From Antedon mediterranea (lineage: Eukaryota; Animalia; Echinodermata): a stretch of 64,000 nucleotides of DNA. This document shows, one piece after another, positions 1 through 13,746 of this stretch. A model generated the notes under the pieces. The model had not been told where the DNA came from. It ran no database searches and saw nothing but the letters and a program-made list of their open reading frames with translations. Numbering within the stretch: position 1 is the stretch's first letter; every line of letters begins with the position of its first letter. The stretch is from positions 5,362,201-5,426,200 of the forward strand of contig NC_092679.1 in the NCBI RefSeq assembly GCF_964355755.1. The letters run 5' to 3'. Made by a program: the position numbers and the translations under genes.

Positions 1-1239
1 CAGGACGCCACCTATAAACTTTTCTTCTACTTCGTACTTTATTGTGTACAAGTTAGGGTTTGTTTAGTTTCAATGCAACCAACAATTTAATATTAATATC
101 GACTACTTCAGTATCTGACTATGGAAAGAAAAAATAAGGAATTATAGAAATATAATAAAACAAAAAAATAAGATTTTTTTTTTCAATAATGCTTACTTCA
201 ATTCTAAAATTGATCATGTTTACATGGGTCTCTTCATATAAAATCCAAAGGTAAAACACTGAAAAATTGACAGTGTTGGCATGGTAACAATGGCTGGATC
301 ATGAAAATACAAATGAAATAAGCAAAACGCTTATAAAAGCCAGAAAGAGGAAGGATAGTATAGATACGCTCTACCTAAAGTGTTGTGTCATAGTAGGCCT
401 ATGTTTTTCTAAAAGAGGTGAAACATTCAGGATGCCAATTTTCTAGGAATATGTTTGTTCTATGACGTCATCAAACATGCATAGATGTTTTAGAATGTGA
501 TACAGTACCACCACATGGATATTAATTTATTTAACAAATCATCAGTTAAATTCATTTTTATTATCTTGGCCTAACACATAGCTTGACATTTTCTAGTCAA
601 GGATAAAAATATTAAACGCCAAAAAAAAAAACAGTAGGCCTAAAATTAAATCAGGGAGGTGAATTTACCTCCCTGCCTAAATCATCAAGAGCCACCATCC
701 ACAGTCCGATGATAAAGATGATTGTTGCTGTGTGATTCTGACGTCATGACAGCTAATATGATAACTAAGTTACGGCGATTAGTTTGATAATTGACTTTTA
801 CTAAATTTACACTAGCCAACTGTTTTGGCACGTCAGAATTAAAAACAATTCATCCAGTGTTAAAAAGACCTGACCACCACCGGTTCCTCACAGCTTGTCA
901 TGGCCACCACCACGCCTACAACATTAACATTTTGAGGGACCTTCTTGATGTTAGCGTCTTCGAGAACTGGACAAACATAATCCAACCTAAATCAAACTTG
1001 AAAATATTCAATGTGTTTCCTTCCTTTTACAGACCGATTTTATTTTTTAAATCGTCACATATTACTTCTTATTAAATAAGACATAATAATGTTTTAGAAT
1101 GTAGATAAGATTGTACTGTATAAACCAAACAAGAGGGTTATAAAATTTGTCTCCGATTCGGGGTACACCACACGAAGATAAACATCCTTTTCCGATCCCC
1201 AAAACAGATGGTTTAGTTTATCAGCTTCAGGACTTTGTA

Positions 1240-1415
1240 TCAACCAATCAGAATCGTTCGTCTGGTAGCTTGCTATGCGACGGGTCGTGCTTAATGCCTA
1301 TCACAGCCCTGTGAATAGCTACTCACCAATCTTGACAACGCATTAGGAATTTCTTCTGACCCGCATTCGCTGTGTCCGTTGCAATATTATCCGCACTCGT
1401 CTTCTCTTACCAACT
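1240..1415 (+). promoter_or_regulatory. Putative Six4/5 proximal promoter / 5' region
   Basis: CCAAT boxes (AACCAATCAG about 1242, CACCAATC about 1324) and a local rise in CpG just upstream of the ATG. Palindromic TGACGTCA (CRE) sites lie further upstream at about 463 and 739. Confidence 0.4.
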
Positions 1416-4400
1416 ATGGATTCCCAAATTGAGAACGTCGACACGGAATTGGAAACCACGATAAATACTGGGGAGTCGGATATCAACCGTGGCCATCAGA
1501 ACCATAGCCTGCTGCCCCACAATTCGTTATTAAACAATATCGACAACACTCGGTCGGCGACAATTGTCGGATCGTTTACGGATGAAGATGTGAAAGCGTC
1601 GCTCGTCAGCTTTTCTCCGGAGCAAGTCGTATGTGTTTGTGAGGCCTTACGTCAAGAAGGGAACGTCGATCGTTTAGCTCGTTTTTTATTTTCTCTACCT
1701 GCAGATAATGCGCTTCAACGTCATGAACTGGTCCTCAGAGCTCGTGCGTTTGTTGCTTTTCGACAAAGTAGGTACAAAGAGCTGTATACAATTCTACAGA
1801 GCTTCCATTACAGCCCAGCCCTGCATGTTGAACTTCAAGATCTGTGGTATCGCGCACATTACAAAGAAGCAGAGGTTGCTAGGGGGCGTGCCTTGGGGGC
1901 TGTTGACAAATATCGAATTCGGCGAAAATATCCCCTTCCTCGAACCATCTGGGACGGTGAAGAGACTGTCTATTGCTTTAAAGAGAAATCAAGAGCTATG
2001 CTGAAAGATTGTTACAAACAAAATAAATATCCATCACCAGATGAAAAGAGGAATTTAGCCAAACTGACAGGTCTTACTCTGACCCAGGTTAGTAACTGGT
2101 TCAAGAATAGACGGCAAAGAGACAGAGCACCAGCAAGAAGGTAAATTACTTGAAATTTTTTTAAAATTTAACATACAAAAAAAGAGGGATATGACCGGTT
2201 GGGCCGCCGACAAGTTGAGCCGCCGGTAATTTCTATGAAACGCCCAGTGCGTCTTTTACGACATTTCGCGTAGTGATAGAGGGGTGTCCTAGTACATAAG
2301 TTCATGGTCTTTAGGTTTATTGTGTCATGAAAATAAATAATAATTACATACTACAATTGTGTTGGTTTGAACCGCCATAACAACACAGCAAAGGAAAGTC
2401 ATATTTAATAATTTAATTGTTTTTAATCTTTCAAATTCTTTCAAGTGCAGTGCACTCCATAATATTTTTCTCGCGTAAAATCATGTTGTCTCTCAGGACT
2501 AATAGAGTATTGATACTCTTCGAATGAGGTTAAATAATAATTATTTTTTATCTACTATCTTTTAATATCATATTTTATTGAATTTTACAATGTTAATACA
2601 CAAAATATTTTACTAAAAAACGGTGGTTTTATGCAATTATTTTACCGAAAAATGGAGTAGGCCTAGTTCATACAACTGCCGCCTAAGGGGGCAACATGTT
2701 TACGTCATTTTTGGCTAAAAACGATCATTTTCGGTCATGTTTTAGGCCTTATATTTTGGAATCTACAAGTCAGATATTCATAATTATTTCTCTTTAATTA
2801 TAATATTTAATAATATATACTAAAAACCGTGATATATAAACTTTGGAATATACATCGTTATATCTAATAATTAATATAAATAGAACTTCTATTAAATAGA
2901 AACGAGCACCGGCGAAAGTAAGCATTTGGCGTTTCATAGAAAATAACGTTTTTCTGGCGGCGGCTCAACTTGTCGGCGGCTCAACTTGGCCTAATCCAAA
3001 AAAAGAGACTGTGACATGTGGTGCAAACTGGTCCACATGAGGGGGGAGGGGATTAAAAATGTATGTAATGTGTTTAATAATAATTTATTTGGAAGCTACA
3101 GTTTTGAAACAGTGGCACACTTCTTGAATGAAGGTACGTCCAGAGTAAAGTAAAATAAATGTTAGAGAAAAAAAGTGATTTATGATTCTATAGCTTAGAC
3201 CATCATGGAGGAATTATTATAAAGTGCAGCAGCACCAGAACTTCTTAGTAAGACATTACTACGCTACCAATATTAAGAATTTATTATGGTGATTTTTATA
3301 TTATAAAGTTTTTTTACAAATAAATATATTACTGTATTTGGAAAGAAATAGAACTGTATTTTTTGTGATAATATTAAAGATGTATTGTCCCCCTGAAAAA
3401 ATAATAATGTAACATAATAATTATTCACCAAAAATTAGATCGAAAAAAAAATGTATTTACCTGAAAAAAATGTAATTCAAAGCAAAAAATGGTCAAATTG
3501 GCTGCCAGCCAATGGATTTTTGGTTGAATTTAACCATTTATTTTGTCATTTTACAAGTGAAAACATTATTTTTGGGTTTCTTTTTTTCTATGGAAGTGAT
3601 TAATTTATCAAAACTACAAAATAACATATATTCAAAGTCTGATTTAATTATTCTAAATGTTTCATGTTTTTGGGGGACAATACATCTTTAATGTACGATA
3701 CAGACTAGTGTCGTTCAATGCGTTAATAATTTGATTGACAGATCTACTAACAAATTGTTTATTCTCATTATCATTTCTTAATTGTTATATTCAGCTAGTG
3801 AATATACAATTAACTCTGTCTGGAACGACCCATGTTTATTTTATAGTTTGTTTATTCCCAATTAAAGTTATCTTCATCGCGTCTTTCCTTCCTTTGCCGG
3901 TTGTTTATTTGCTAATCTGTACTGTACTTAAAACTTTATTACTAAAAACCTATTTAGTTTCCTGCATTTATAAAACCACAACACATTGTATTTATTGGAA
4001 AACAATCGGAAGTTATAGTAAGGGTATTCAGTTTCCCAGTGACTACCTTTTATATCATACATTTATTATATTTATGTACTATTTCCAGGACAATTACTTG
4101 ATTAAAATTCTTGGATGTCCTAAACATTCATACTTACACGATACTGCAGTTCTGAACAAAGTTAAACAAAGATCACAGCTAAATTTTTCCATTTCAAATT
4201 CTGCTTCTAACAATTCTTATTTGGAGTTTTAATTTAAAAAATAACCCAGACTTGCCTGAAAAATACATTTACAATTGTAACAATTTTATCAATTATGGTC
4301 ACAGATTCCTATAATGAAATACATTGGCATGGCTCGGTTATCAGAACTATTGAATGGAGCTATGCAATTAAAATAGCTTCATAATCTCTGTAAAAAGAAG

Positions 4401-7400
4401 TATTAACAAGTACGTAATATAAAGATGTTTTTCCATGCTATATTATCATGGAGCTATCTAATTTATAGGTCCATGCTATTATAAATAGGCTTTTGTTTAT
4501 CCAATAATACGTAACAATTATTACGTAATAATACAATAAAGAGGAAATGTCGACACAAGTCTACAGTTAGTGGCCAGGGTATATATTAATAATTATACCT
4601 CCATCCATGGTATAATAGCGCAGTACATACATTTTGTAGAATGTATTTAAATACCAGATATTAAATTATTAATTAACTTATACCAACTGGCATTTTTTTC
4701 CAACCCTCCTTAAAATGAAGTTTGAATAAAATACATATAAAGTTTTTGCATTGAAAAACATTCATTCATACGACATACAACATACTTTATCATCTCCATA
4801 AGAAGAAATTACAGTAGCTTGTAAAACAACAAGGTAAGACATGACATAAAAACTAGTTCTAGATACATCGACTTATGTATGTTATTAAAATTGGCCTATT
4901 GCATAAAAAAGGCACGATTATAACAAGTCACAAGTCCAAAACATTCATTAATACTAGTTCTAGATACATCGACTCATGTACTGTTATTAAAATTGGCCTA
5001 TTGTATAAAAAGGCACGATGATAACAAGTTACAAGTCCAAAACATTCATTAATACTAGTTCTAGATACATCGACTCATGTACTGTTATTAAAATTGGCCT
5101 ATTGCATAAAAAAGGCACGATGATAACAAGTCGTAAGTCCAAAACATTCATTAATAGTAATACTAGTTCTAGATACATCGACTCATGTACTGTTATTAAA
5201 ATTGGCCTATTGCATAAAAAAGGCACGATAATAACAAGTCACAGGTCCAAAACATTCATTAATACTAGTTCTAGATACATCGACTCATGTACTGTTATTA
5301 AAATTGGCCTATTGCATAAAAAAGGCACGATGATAACAAGTCATAAGTCCAATTAAACTTGCTCTGATTAATACCAGCTGTTGACGATGTCGAACGCTTT
5401 CAGACTTTGTGATAAATCACTTTGCGGACCAACTTGCACTTTCACCTCGCATTCACCAAACAATCAATCATACTAGTAAATAAGGTATTCTTCAACACTA
5501 AATTAAAATACGAAAGTTTAACCTAATTTGTTAAATTATAATAAAATTATTATGATCGTATAAATATATTATACTTCGTGTTTTTATTCTGATTCACTGG
5601 GTTGCCTTCAAATTGATTGGAGGTCGGTAAAAGTCCACTCGATAGTGGATTACATTACTATTACTATTTGTAATGTTTTGGGGACTTCTTATTAAAAACA
5701 AGAAGATATCCTCCGCAAAACATGCAAAACAAAGATAAATACATAGTTTAAGAAAATGTTTTCTTTATAAATATGTATTTATTCATAGACAATTCCAGAC
5801 AATAAACTAATTCCTTATGATGAATCATTTTGTTCCTTTATTTTCTTTTAATATTATGGTTTTATTTATTTAATTTGAAATTTAAATAGAGAAGGTAACA
5901 TTCTCTGAACCATCTGCTATCCAAGAGTCCTCTCTTAAAATATAACAACTATACTTAAATTTAAATTAAACTCCAAACAATATAAGATATAAAAAAAAAT
6001 TTATCAGATAAATTTTTTTTTTTCGATCTAATTTTGGTCAGAGTGAATAACTATCATGTATAAATTTAAAATGGCATTCAACAACATATATATCTTTGTA
6101 CTGTAACACATGATTAATTAAAAAAAATATCCATTAATTATCCAAAAACAATAGGTTATAAACACAATAGGGTAAGCAAGCGCTAAAGCATCATTTATTG
6201 TACAGGTAACATTAAGAGTAGCTAGTTCAATCAATATTAATTTTTGCTGCAATGGGTTAAAAAAAATCAAGAAAAAAAAATTAATTATTTTATTTCGAAA
6301 TTAATTATGTCTTGTTCTCAGTTATTTTTTTTATAAACATGATTAATGTTTGTTTATCCACATGACCTTGTGTCCTACGGGACACTACACACATTTATAT
6401 AAACAAATTTTTATGGTAAAGTGGATGCATTTGAAGTGGTTATGCAGGGAGTTGGGGTTATGATCACAATTTGATTAGGTAGACTTTTTTTTTTATTGTA
6501 CAGACAGTATTAAGTTTGTGTATATTTTGTATATCGGTCGAGTGCCACTGCTATAAAAGTGTAAACTCCAAATAAATTATTATTATTTCGTTTATCATTA
6601 ATGTTTACATTTGTAATTTCAAATACAGTAATTAAAACATGGAACATCATCGTGTCTGTTGCTATGATACCGCATAAACAACTTTTCACTGATAAAACAA
6701 TGTTTGGATTAAACCATTCATTTGTCCACGTTTAACTCTAAAAAACGCTCATAAAATATGTTTGTGTGTTTTAGGGTTTTATACGCGCTACCATACAACA
6801 AATCACAAATCTGTGCGCGTTTCTTGTTTTTTAACGTTGTGTACAGTTGTTAAAGAAATACTTATAAGGACATGTAGACACTAACACAATAACAAACCAT
6901 CTTTTCATAAACAGACAAAAATGGAAGACGGAAAACTTTAAGAAAAAGTATAATTTTAGTGTATTGGTGATTTGAATGGAGAAAATATTTAGTTATAACA
7001 TACGATTAAATCATCTACTAGTACTAGGACCACGTGTTTTGATACACAGTAATGACTCATCAATCAGTTTATTTAAATTTACTGTTTAAGTATACTTCCT
7101 ATATCTGCAAATACAAATACAAAACTATTGTGTTGGTCGCTTATTAAAAGCATAATAAAAACACAAACTGTACAGTACATGTATTACCGATCACCATCGA
7201 GTTGTTTAACCTCAAGGCGTACTACCAGCCACACATTCCTATACCGGTTAGGCGTGTTATTATTGAATATCATTCCAGTACACAGACTATACGATTTATT
7301 ATTTTGTTATTCCTAGCGAGATATTAAAAATAGGCCTAATTGTACTGTCCTTCTAAATTAATAATAAAATAACAATTTTAAATATCATATAATATTTACC

Positions 7401-9508
7401 ATACCATTGTTTATACTTAAATTACAATATTTGCAAATTTAGGCCTATTATTATACTAATAAAACGTTATTCTATAAATTAAAACAAAAATTGAATAGAA
7501 CAGGGGAAAATCATAATGGCAAAATTTTTCCTACATTCTAGGAGTTTTATCAGGAGATAATCTATATTATTTTGACAACTCTTCTAACATGACTACAGTG
7601 CTGATTTTGGAAGAAACATATTGTACGAGGAAAGACGCTCCATAAATTTACATTTTTCATTCATTTTTTTTCATTTTTCATGAATTACACCAAGAAATAC
7701 CTGCAGAAATTAAGTTCATGCATATCTTGTAGAAATGACAAACTCAGATCTAGGAACATTTACGCATTGAATTCCAAAGCGAGCATTGTTTTATGACGTC
7801 AATGTTCCTTTACTTTGTGCAACTCCTTATGATTGATTTTTTTTTACCACCACAAGTGAAATATCCTCAATATATTCTCTCATACACTGTCCTTAGATTT
7901 TAGCTTTGTTTTGGGACTTTCCACAATGATGAGAATCTCCTCAATTAAGATGTCGTTTTTGAGATGTGACATGTCTTTCCGGCTAATGGATTGTTAAGCC
8001 TAATTAAGGTTACTATAGATAATGGTAAAGAAAGGGAGTGCTGATTGTATGCAGTACCGTACCGTATACTGGCACAATTAACTAGCGCCATGATTGATAC
8101 ATTATAATATCCATAATCACTGTAAACCTAATTATTCAAGTTTTGTCATTTAAGAAACGGACGTTTTTAGGACACCCACGACTTTGTTATTAGCCATCGG
8201 CTATATAGACCACCACACCTGGTCATTTTAACGCACCATAGTTTAAACTTGTCGCATCTCTTAAAATACGTTATGTATATAGAAATCAATAAGCGGTTAC
8301 AAAAATCATTAGTTCTAATCACACGGGAAAAAAACTTCTAACATTTTGAAGTTCATCCATGGCTTTTTACATGGCTTTAAGAATGGCTTTCATTTAACTG
8401 TAGGTAAACGCGTTTAACTGTAGGTAAACACGTTTTGATGAACACATTTTGCGTCGTATAGATCCAATAGAGCAAAACTGAGTAATAAATAATAATACAA
8501 ATAGGTCATTCTTATATAGCGCATATAAGCAAGCTCTCAAACTAGTTTGAAAAAAAGTGTGATGAGCCCAAATATGGTAGTGATATTGCTTAAATAATTA
8601 TGGTTACGTATTGATATGACATTATCATGTCCATATATGGGCAAATCACATTTTTTATAGAGTTGACAGAGCTTTAAAATAACAAAAACTGTACTATTAA
8701 TATTTTGATTTGAATTACTGGCTGTTCATTTAAATATTCGTTTCAAAATTTCTAACATTTTTGTTTTTTTTATAATAGTGATATGGAACACAATATGACT
8801 AATAATATGGAATCACCGGAAATAGGCCCAGAAGGAAAATTCATGCCAAATGGTAATGGACTGTCAAGCCCACCCATGGACGTTGGTGGCACACCCTCTG
8901 CAATCTCCTTGACAACTAAAGACACAAAATGTACTGTAATCAAAACAGAATTTGATTCAGACACACCGGCGGACGAATCTTGGCAGCACCATCTTGGCAG
9001 TAACAAACATACAAACCAACAAATAACATCACCAGTTTTTCCCGTCGCAGTTGTAGCAAGTGACAACGGACCTTACTTCCAAAACTCTGGACTTTTTATG
9101 AATCCGTCCTTACTTAGTTCCGCATTGGCGTTCTCCTCAATGAACACAACTGCGGCACAAGCATTTATGTCCACGATGGCTGCCAACGCCGCGTTTACAA
9201 ATACACCGCTTCCAGTACCAGCTACAACTGGTTCAACACATGCATCTACAGGTCTTCTTCCAATCTCGTTTCCAGCCGCCGTCCCAGCAAATTCTGCAGC
9301 GGTTACCAACAACGCGACCACTGAGTCCCCACAAGCACTGAACATCAGTAACTCAACGTTGACAACATTGACAACAGTAACACCTCTTTTGACATCTGCT
9401 GCTGTTAGCTCAATCTCTCCAATTACGCACACGACTAACGCTCTGCCAACTATCTCCACCTTGACGATGCCTCAACCAGTGTCGGTTGGTTCTTTAGTAT
9501 CGCAGTAA
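1416..9508 (+). CDS. Six4/5: Six4/5-class homeobox transcription factor (SIX domain + homeodomain, Ser/Thr/Ala/Pro-rich C-terminus), 2 coding exons, about 484 aa
   Basis: Exon 1 1416-2140 encodes the SIX domain ([13 protein letters not shown]...[26 protein letters not shown]) and homeodomain ([11 protein letters not shown]...[14 protein letters not shown]). ETVY is the Six4/5 diagnostic tetrapeptide (Six1/2 ETSY, Six3/6 QKTH). Donor AG|GTAAAT is phase 2 and joins acceptor TAG|T at 8779 in frame with ORF 8783-9508. Confidence 0.95.
2193..2991. mobile_element. About 800-bp non-autonomous inverted-repeat element in Six4/5 intron 1
   Basis: Left GTTGGGCCGCCGACAAGTTGAGCCGCC...TTTCTATGAAACGCC is the reverse complement of right GGCGTTTCATAGAAA...GGCGGCTCAACTTGTCGGCGGCTCAAC. 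No clear TSD. Confidence 0.7.
3374..3691 (+). mobile_element. Kolobok-type MITE (TTAA TSD), family A copy 1
   Basis: TTAA-AGATGTATTGTCCCCC ... GGGGGACAATACATCT-TTAA. Internal sequence is shared with the copies at 45179 and 46419. Confidence 0.85.
4852..5351. repeat. Tandem repeat, about 101-bp unit, about 5 copies
   Basis: Unit ACTAGTTCTAGATACATCGACTCATGTACTGTTATTAAAATTGGCCTATTGC... restarts at 4852, 4953, 5054, 5162 and 5264 with few differences. Confidence 0.95.
8555..8676 (-). repeat. Dispersed repeat fragment (second copy at about 50223-50315, + strand)
   Basis: Reverse complement AAAGCTCTGTC...TGTGATTTGCCCATATATGGACATGA matches 50223 TAAGCTCTGTCTAC...TGTGATGTGCCCATATATGGACATGA. Confidence 0.65.
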
Positions 9509-10252
9509 CCAAAGATGTCATACAGATGCCGGCTCATCTGTCCATTGCTGTAAATTATATAAGTAGAGGCCTATGATGGAAAACGCTTCACGTCACGTCC
9601 ATTTTTTTCACACAAAAAATACACTGTTAGTGTTATCGATATGCGACTTTTAACTAAATTAATATGCAACTTAGAAATGTACAGTTAATATTTGTATTGA
9701 ACATTTTGTATTGAATAGGCCTATGCAATGTTTAATGTTTTAAAGTTTACTTTTGTTAATGTTTTAAACTAACAGTAATTACTACGCAAGTACGACACAA
9801 TATTAACACATTTAGTTCATAATGTTATCTGTAAAGTACATGATTTTATATTGTTAAACGATAAATAGGACCTTTTATTTCTTAATACTAAAGCACATTC
9901 GTTGTTGTTATTTTACGAGCGTTATGTTAAAATTAAATTTAAAATAGAATGAAGCTATTATGCAATACTTTAGACACATTCCAACATGGTGTACATGACG
10001 TAGGAAAGATTGACACGATGTGTCACCGAGTGTGCGCATTACTGATACAGTATTACTTTGGTCAGGTTTTTCTTTTAGAAGATTTTGCCTTTTCCTGAAA
10101 ACTAAGACAAGTGTGGCCGTGGGGAATAATAATTTAATACAGGTATTGTACTGTATTGGAATATTTGGTGCATTTTTGTAAATTTAATTTTATGAAAAGT
10201 TGGATGAAATGGAAACTATAGATTATTTTATACGATTTAGTGTATATATTAC

Positions 10253-10276
10253 CATAGAGATTATAATATCTCTATG
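10253..10276. mobile_element. 24-bp CA...TG hairpin with a perfect 7-bp TSD (P/Galileo-type footprint)
   Basis: ATATTAC|CATAGAGAT-TATAAT-ATCTCTATG|ATATTAC. Confidence 0.7.
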
Positions 10277-10570
10277 ATATTACTTATCACAACTAGGTCT
10301 ACAACTGCAATGCATTTATGTTGATAATGTTTATAAATACTATACCATCGGTTGTCATACAATTTCAATTGAATGTTTTGACAGCAGACAGTTTCATTTT
10401 ACGTTGACATTTGCGAAGTTATATTCTTTTGTTTCCTTAAAAGATTGATGTCAAAGGTCGCAATAAAATTAAAAGTATTGTTTTGCTTGGGATAAATGAT
10501 AAGTACCATATCGATAAATAAGGCGGCCCTCAAACTAACAAATATATATTAACACGTCAATAGCGAACTT

Positions 10571-10733
10571 TAAAGCATGGTTTCTACTAGAAACAAACGC
10601 AACGACGTATGCGCAACAATACAAGTGAGTTGACCAATCACAATCGACAGTCCAGATGATCCATCTTGTTTTGAGATTACAGCGCCGACGCACTTACGTC
10701 ATTGCGTTGCGTCCTAGTGGGAGCCTAGATTGA
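10571..10733. mobile_element. Degenerate MITE (PIF/Harbinger-like termini); related pieces at about 36154 and 56560-56630
   Basis: Imperfect inverted ends (TGGTTTCTACTAG..AACGCAACGACGTA / TACGTCATTGCGTT..CTAGTGGGAGCC). Internal ACAAGTGAGTTGACCAATC recurs inverted at about 56570. Confidence 0.55.
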
Positions 10734-13229
10734 GGTCCATGGAGGAAATTTCCTCCATGGTCAAACATATAACTTTGGATTTGTCAGCTTCAGAAATTAC
10801 ACACTTTCTAAAGTCTATATTACCCATGTTTGAGTAACCCACATTCTGTAAAATAGTTTTTGTGTAATATTTTTCTATTTAAATTTTTCAATATGATCGC
10901 CTTACTGTTATTATTATTATTACAGTATTAGATTAGTATCACATCTTTTTAAACTCTTTTCGCCTATTGTTTTAGTAGGTAATTTTATATATAATACAGT
11001 ATAAACAAAATAGGTAAAATGCTAGACTATCGTTGAGCGACAATAGAAAAAAAAATTGTAACAAATTGATTAAATTAAGTTGTAGATTTTTATATTGTAG
11101 TTAATCGTTTTAATTCCTTGTGCAAGAAATAAGTGTGCTCACACACGATCATAAACATTGTGCTTATATATCGCTTATTAGTACGATGACTTTATTTCAT
11201 CAGTCAGACACAATGATGACACATTCGACAAACTCCTCGGAATGAGACACAATGAAACCGTTCGACAAACTCCTTGGAATGCATTAAATACGTTGACCAA
11301 GTGGTGTTATACAGGTTCATTCATGATTAAAACCGCGTCGTATATTTTATAAGGACCTCTACTATCAATGGGCCTATGTATGTATAGTACAATGTTAAAT
11401 GCCACTTACATAGATCTGCGTATGATGAGCCTAATTAACATGCATGTCATAAAAGTAATATTGAAGATATTTAGCCTTCAAAATTTCAATATCATTTCTC
11501 AAGGATTAATTACCCTTTATCAAACAGAAGAGTTCGAGTTTAGTTATGTTTTTTTTACGGTTTACTATATTTATTTCAGCATTTTGTCTTCCGTTAAAAC
11601 AATTTACCGGGTTAAATCTCGAAAATCGGAGCCGAATTAATGAAAAAAGATAAATTAATATTACCTATACTTTTTCTCAACTACAGTATTACATTAGACA
11701 AAGAGAAAGAGGAGATGATATCTGCATCTGGATGGAGGCCCGTATCTAAAACCTATCTAAAATTTAATAATGTTGTTAGAAGAACAACAGTAATATAACA
11801 GCGATTCAATATGACGTAAAGTATAAAACGACTTTTTTGTTGGAAATATATATACAGTAATCTAGTAGAAAAAAAGAATTTCAATTATTTTCGATTTGAA
11901 TGTATTAAATGCATTGTTGGGTCCCGAAAGTGCCTCTTAAATAGGAGTTAAATTTTATTTTATTATACAGAAAAATACAGCATTCGATCAACTATTTCAA
12001 CTCATGTAAACAATTCAGAGTTTCAATCACAATCACAAAGAAAAATCAATTATTTTATCATTTTTGCACGAAGACGAAATTAAACCAAAGGGCATTACCT
12101 AAAACAAGGAACGGTATTGTTTGTTAACTCGCTCAGTACGTCATCACCGAATGTTTGACCCCGAAGGAACGCGGAAACACGAAGTAGAAAATATCACGTC
12201 GATTAAATCATATTATAAATAAAGAAGTCATAGTATTAAATAATGTAATAGCCTAGTAGGCCTGATCTAGTACCTCTATTAGTTTAAAGGGATTTGAATT
12301 TTCAACAGATAAAAAATTACTGCTTGAATATTGAAATTTAATAGAAATCTAATTAATGTCTCGTTTAGATCGTAATATAGTATTTGATACCAATAGTGGA
12401 GACCTACAATCATGGGCCTACATCCGTATACAGTGTATGTGTAATGTAGGGTGTATAGCCGGTACAAAAATGCAATCAATGAAATCATGAGTATTGGTAC
12501 AGTAAAATATTGTCTTGCTTATACGGGTCTATACTATCTTTGGAATTGTGATTAGAGTGCTTGGTTATTTATAGAACATTCCTGAACCACGGGATTCTCT
12601 CCTTTTAAATTCAATTGTTCCTATTACGGGTACATACATCCTATTCAACAATGAAGGGAAGTACAGTAAATACAACATATTACAGTATAATTTATTTATA
12701 GTATGAACTAGTTCAGTGAACAGAAACTAGATTGCTTTCTTTTGAACATTACAAAATTCTGCTATACCATGAATTCCTCCATTTTCAACTTCGAGGAAGT
12801 TTTAAAAATGTTCATAAAAACACCTGTCAGATGACGCAGTGTTTGACATTTACATGTTTTATACAGTATATGAAAATAGATCATGAAGCTCATATATGGC
12901 AGGATGTACACCCTACTACTGTACCACATTTTCCGTAATAACAATTTCCGGTATTACTTCAGTAATGGGTTGTTCAAAAGTATAGAGCACAGGTTGTTCA
13001 ACCTAAGTCGGTTATATAGATCTTAGACAATGCTAAATGATTGTATGAAAGTGACATTCAATCTCTCCTTTTGACATAAGGAGAAACTAGATAACATGAT
13101 ATTTCAATGTTAAGATAAGTTTTCAAGTATAATCTACAAATTCCTTTTATGGACAAGAAACAACAGACTAACGAGAAATAGGATAACTTAATTAAGAATG
13201 AAATTAATGAAAGATTATATATAAATGAA

Positions 13230-13410
13230 GCTATTGTTATGTTTAAAATTATGAACAGCCTTGCACCTCCATATTTATAAAATAAGTTTAATATCGAAAA
13301 CAATTAATATAATATTAGAACTAAGCCAAATTGAATACAGTAGTAACAAAAACAAACTACAAAAAACGTAGCTTATCATAGAGGTCCCAAGGTTTGGAAT
13401 GAGCTAAATG
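13230..13410 (+). mobile_element. Decayed CR1/L2-group LINE 3' ORF2 remnant
   Basis: Broken translation MFKIMNSLAPPYL...YNIRT...KTNYKKRSLS..RGPKVWNEL matches the typical L2/CR1 ORF2 C-terminus (LAPxYL...RSFSYRGAKLWNSL). Confidence 0.6.
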
Positions 13411-13664
13411 AAGACTTTTTTTGTTAGTAAGTGTATCACGGTTTCATTTTATTTTATTGTAATTGTTTTATTATCTGCTTTGATAGTCATTAGGTCTTTT
13501 TACATTTTGGGTGGGGGGGTGTTTTCTTTTGAGCACGGCCTTACGGAAAAACAACTTTCAGTTGAGTTAAGTATCTGTGAGTATCGCTGAATTACTGCAA
13601 ACGGCAGTGTCAAACACAGAATAACCAATCAAAAAATCGGTACAGGTTTCCAATAACTTAAAAA

Positions 13665-13746
13665 ACAAGGTCATATACATTGCTGTAGTCGCGTGCTCAA
13701 GTTAGTGTTTACCGACCAACCGACCGAACATAGTGAGCTGTAGAGT
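13665..13746 (+). mobile_element. HINE/Helentron-like dispersed repeat; copies at about 24972-25073 (-) and 55593-55663 (+)
   Basis: Shared CAAGGTCAYATACAT.GCTGYAGTCGCGTGC..AAGTTAGTGTTTACCGACCAACCGACCG with a (GACC)-type microsatellite. The 24972 copy keeps the GTCGCGTGCAACGCGAC terminal hairpin. Confidence 0.7.

Noticed and set aside
3735-4232. 165-aa hydrophobic ORF
   Set aside because: TTG start, AT-driven composition, intronic, no recognisable motif.
4574-4616. Another CA...TG footprint-like hairpin
   Set aside because: Arms are ambiguous and there is no flanking duplication.
4852-5351. CRISPR-like array; ORFs 5018-5356 and 5029-5226
   Set aside because: Units are contiguous with no unique spacers and the context is a eukaryotic intron. 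The ORFs only translate the repeat.
8770-9459. Minus-strand ORFs 8770-9066 and 9073-9459
   Set aside because: Antisense shadows of Six4/5 exon 2.
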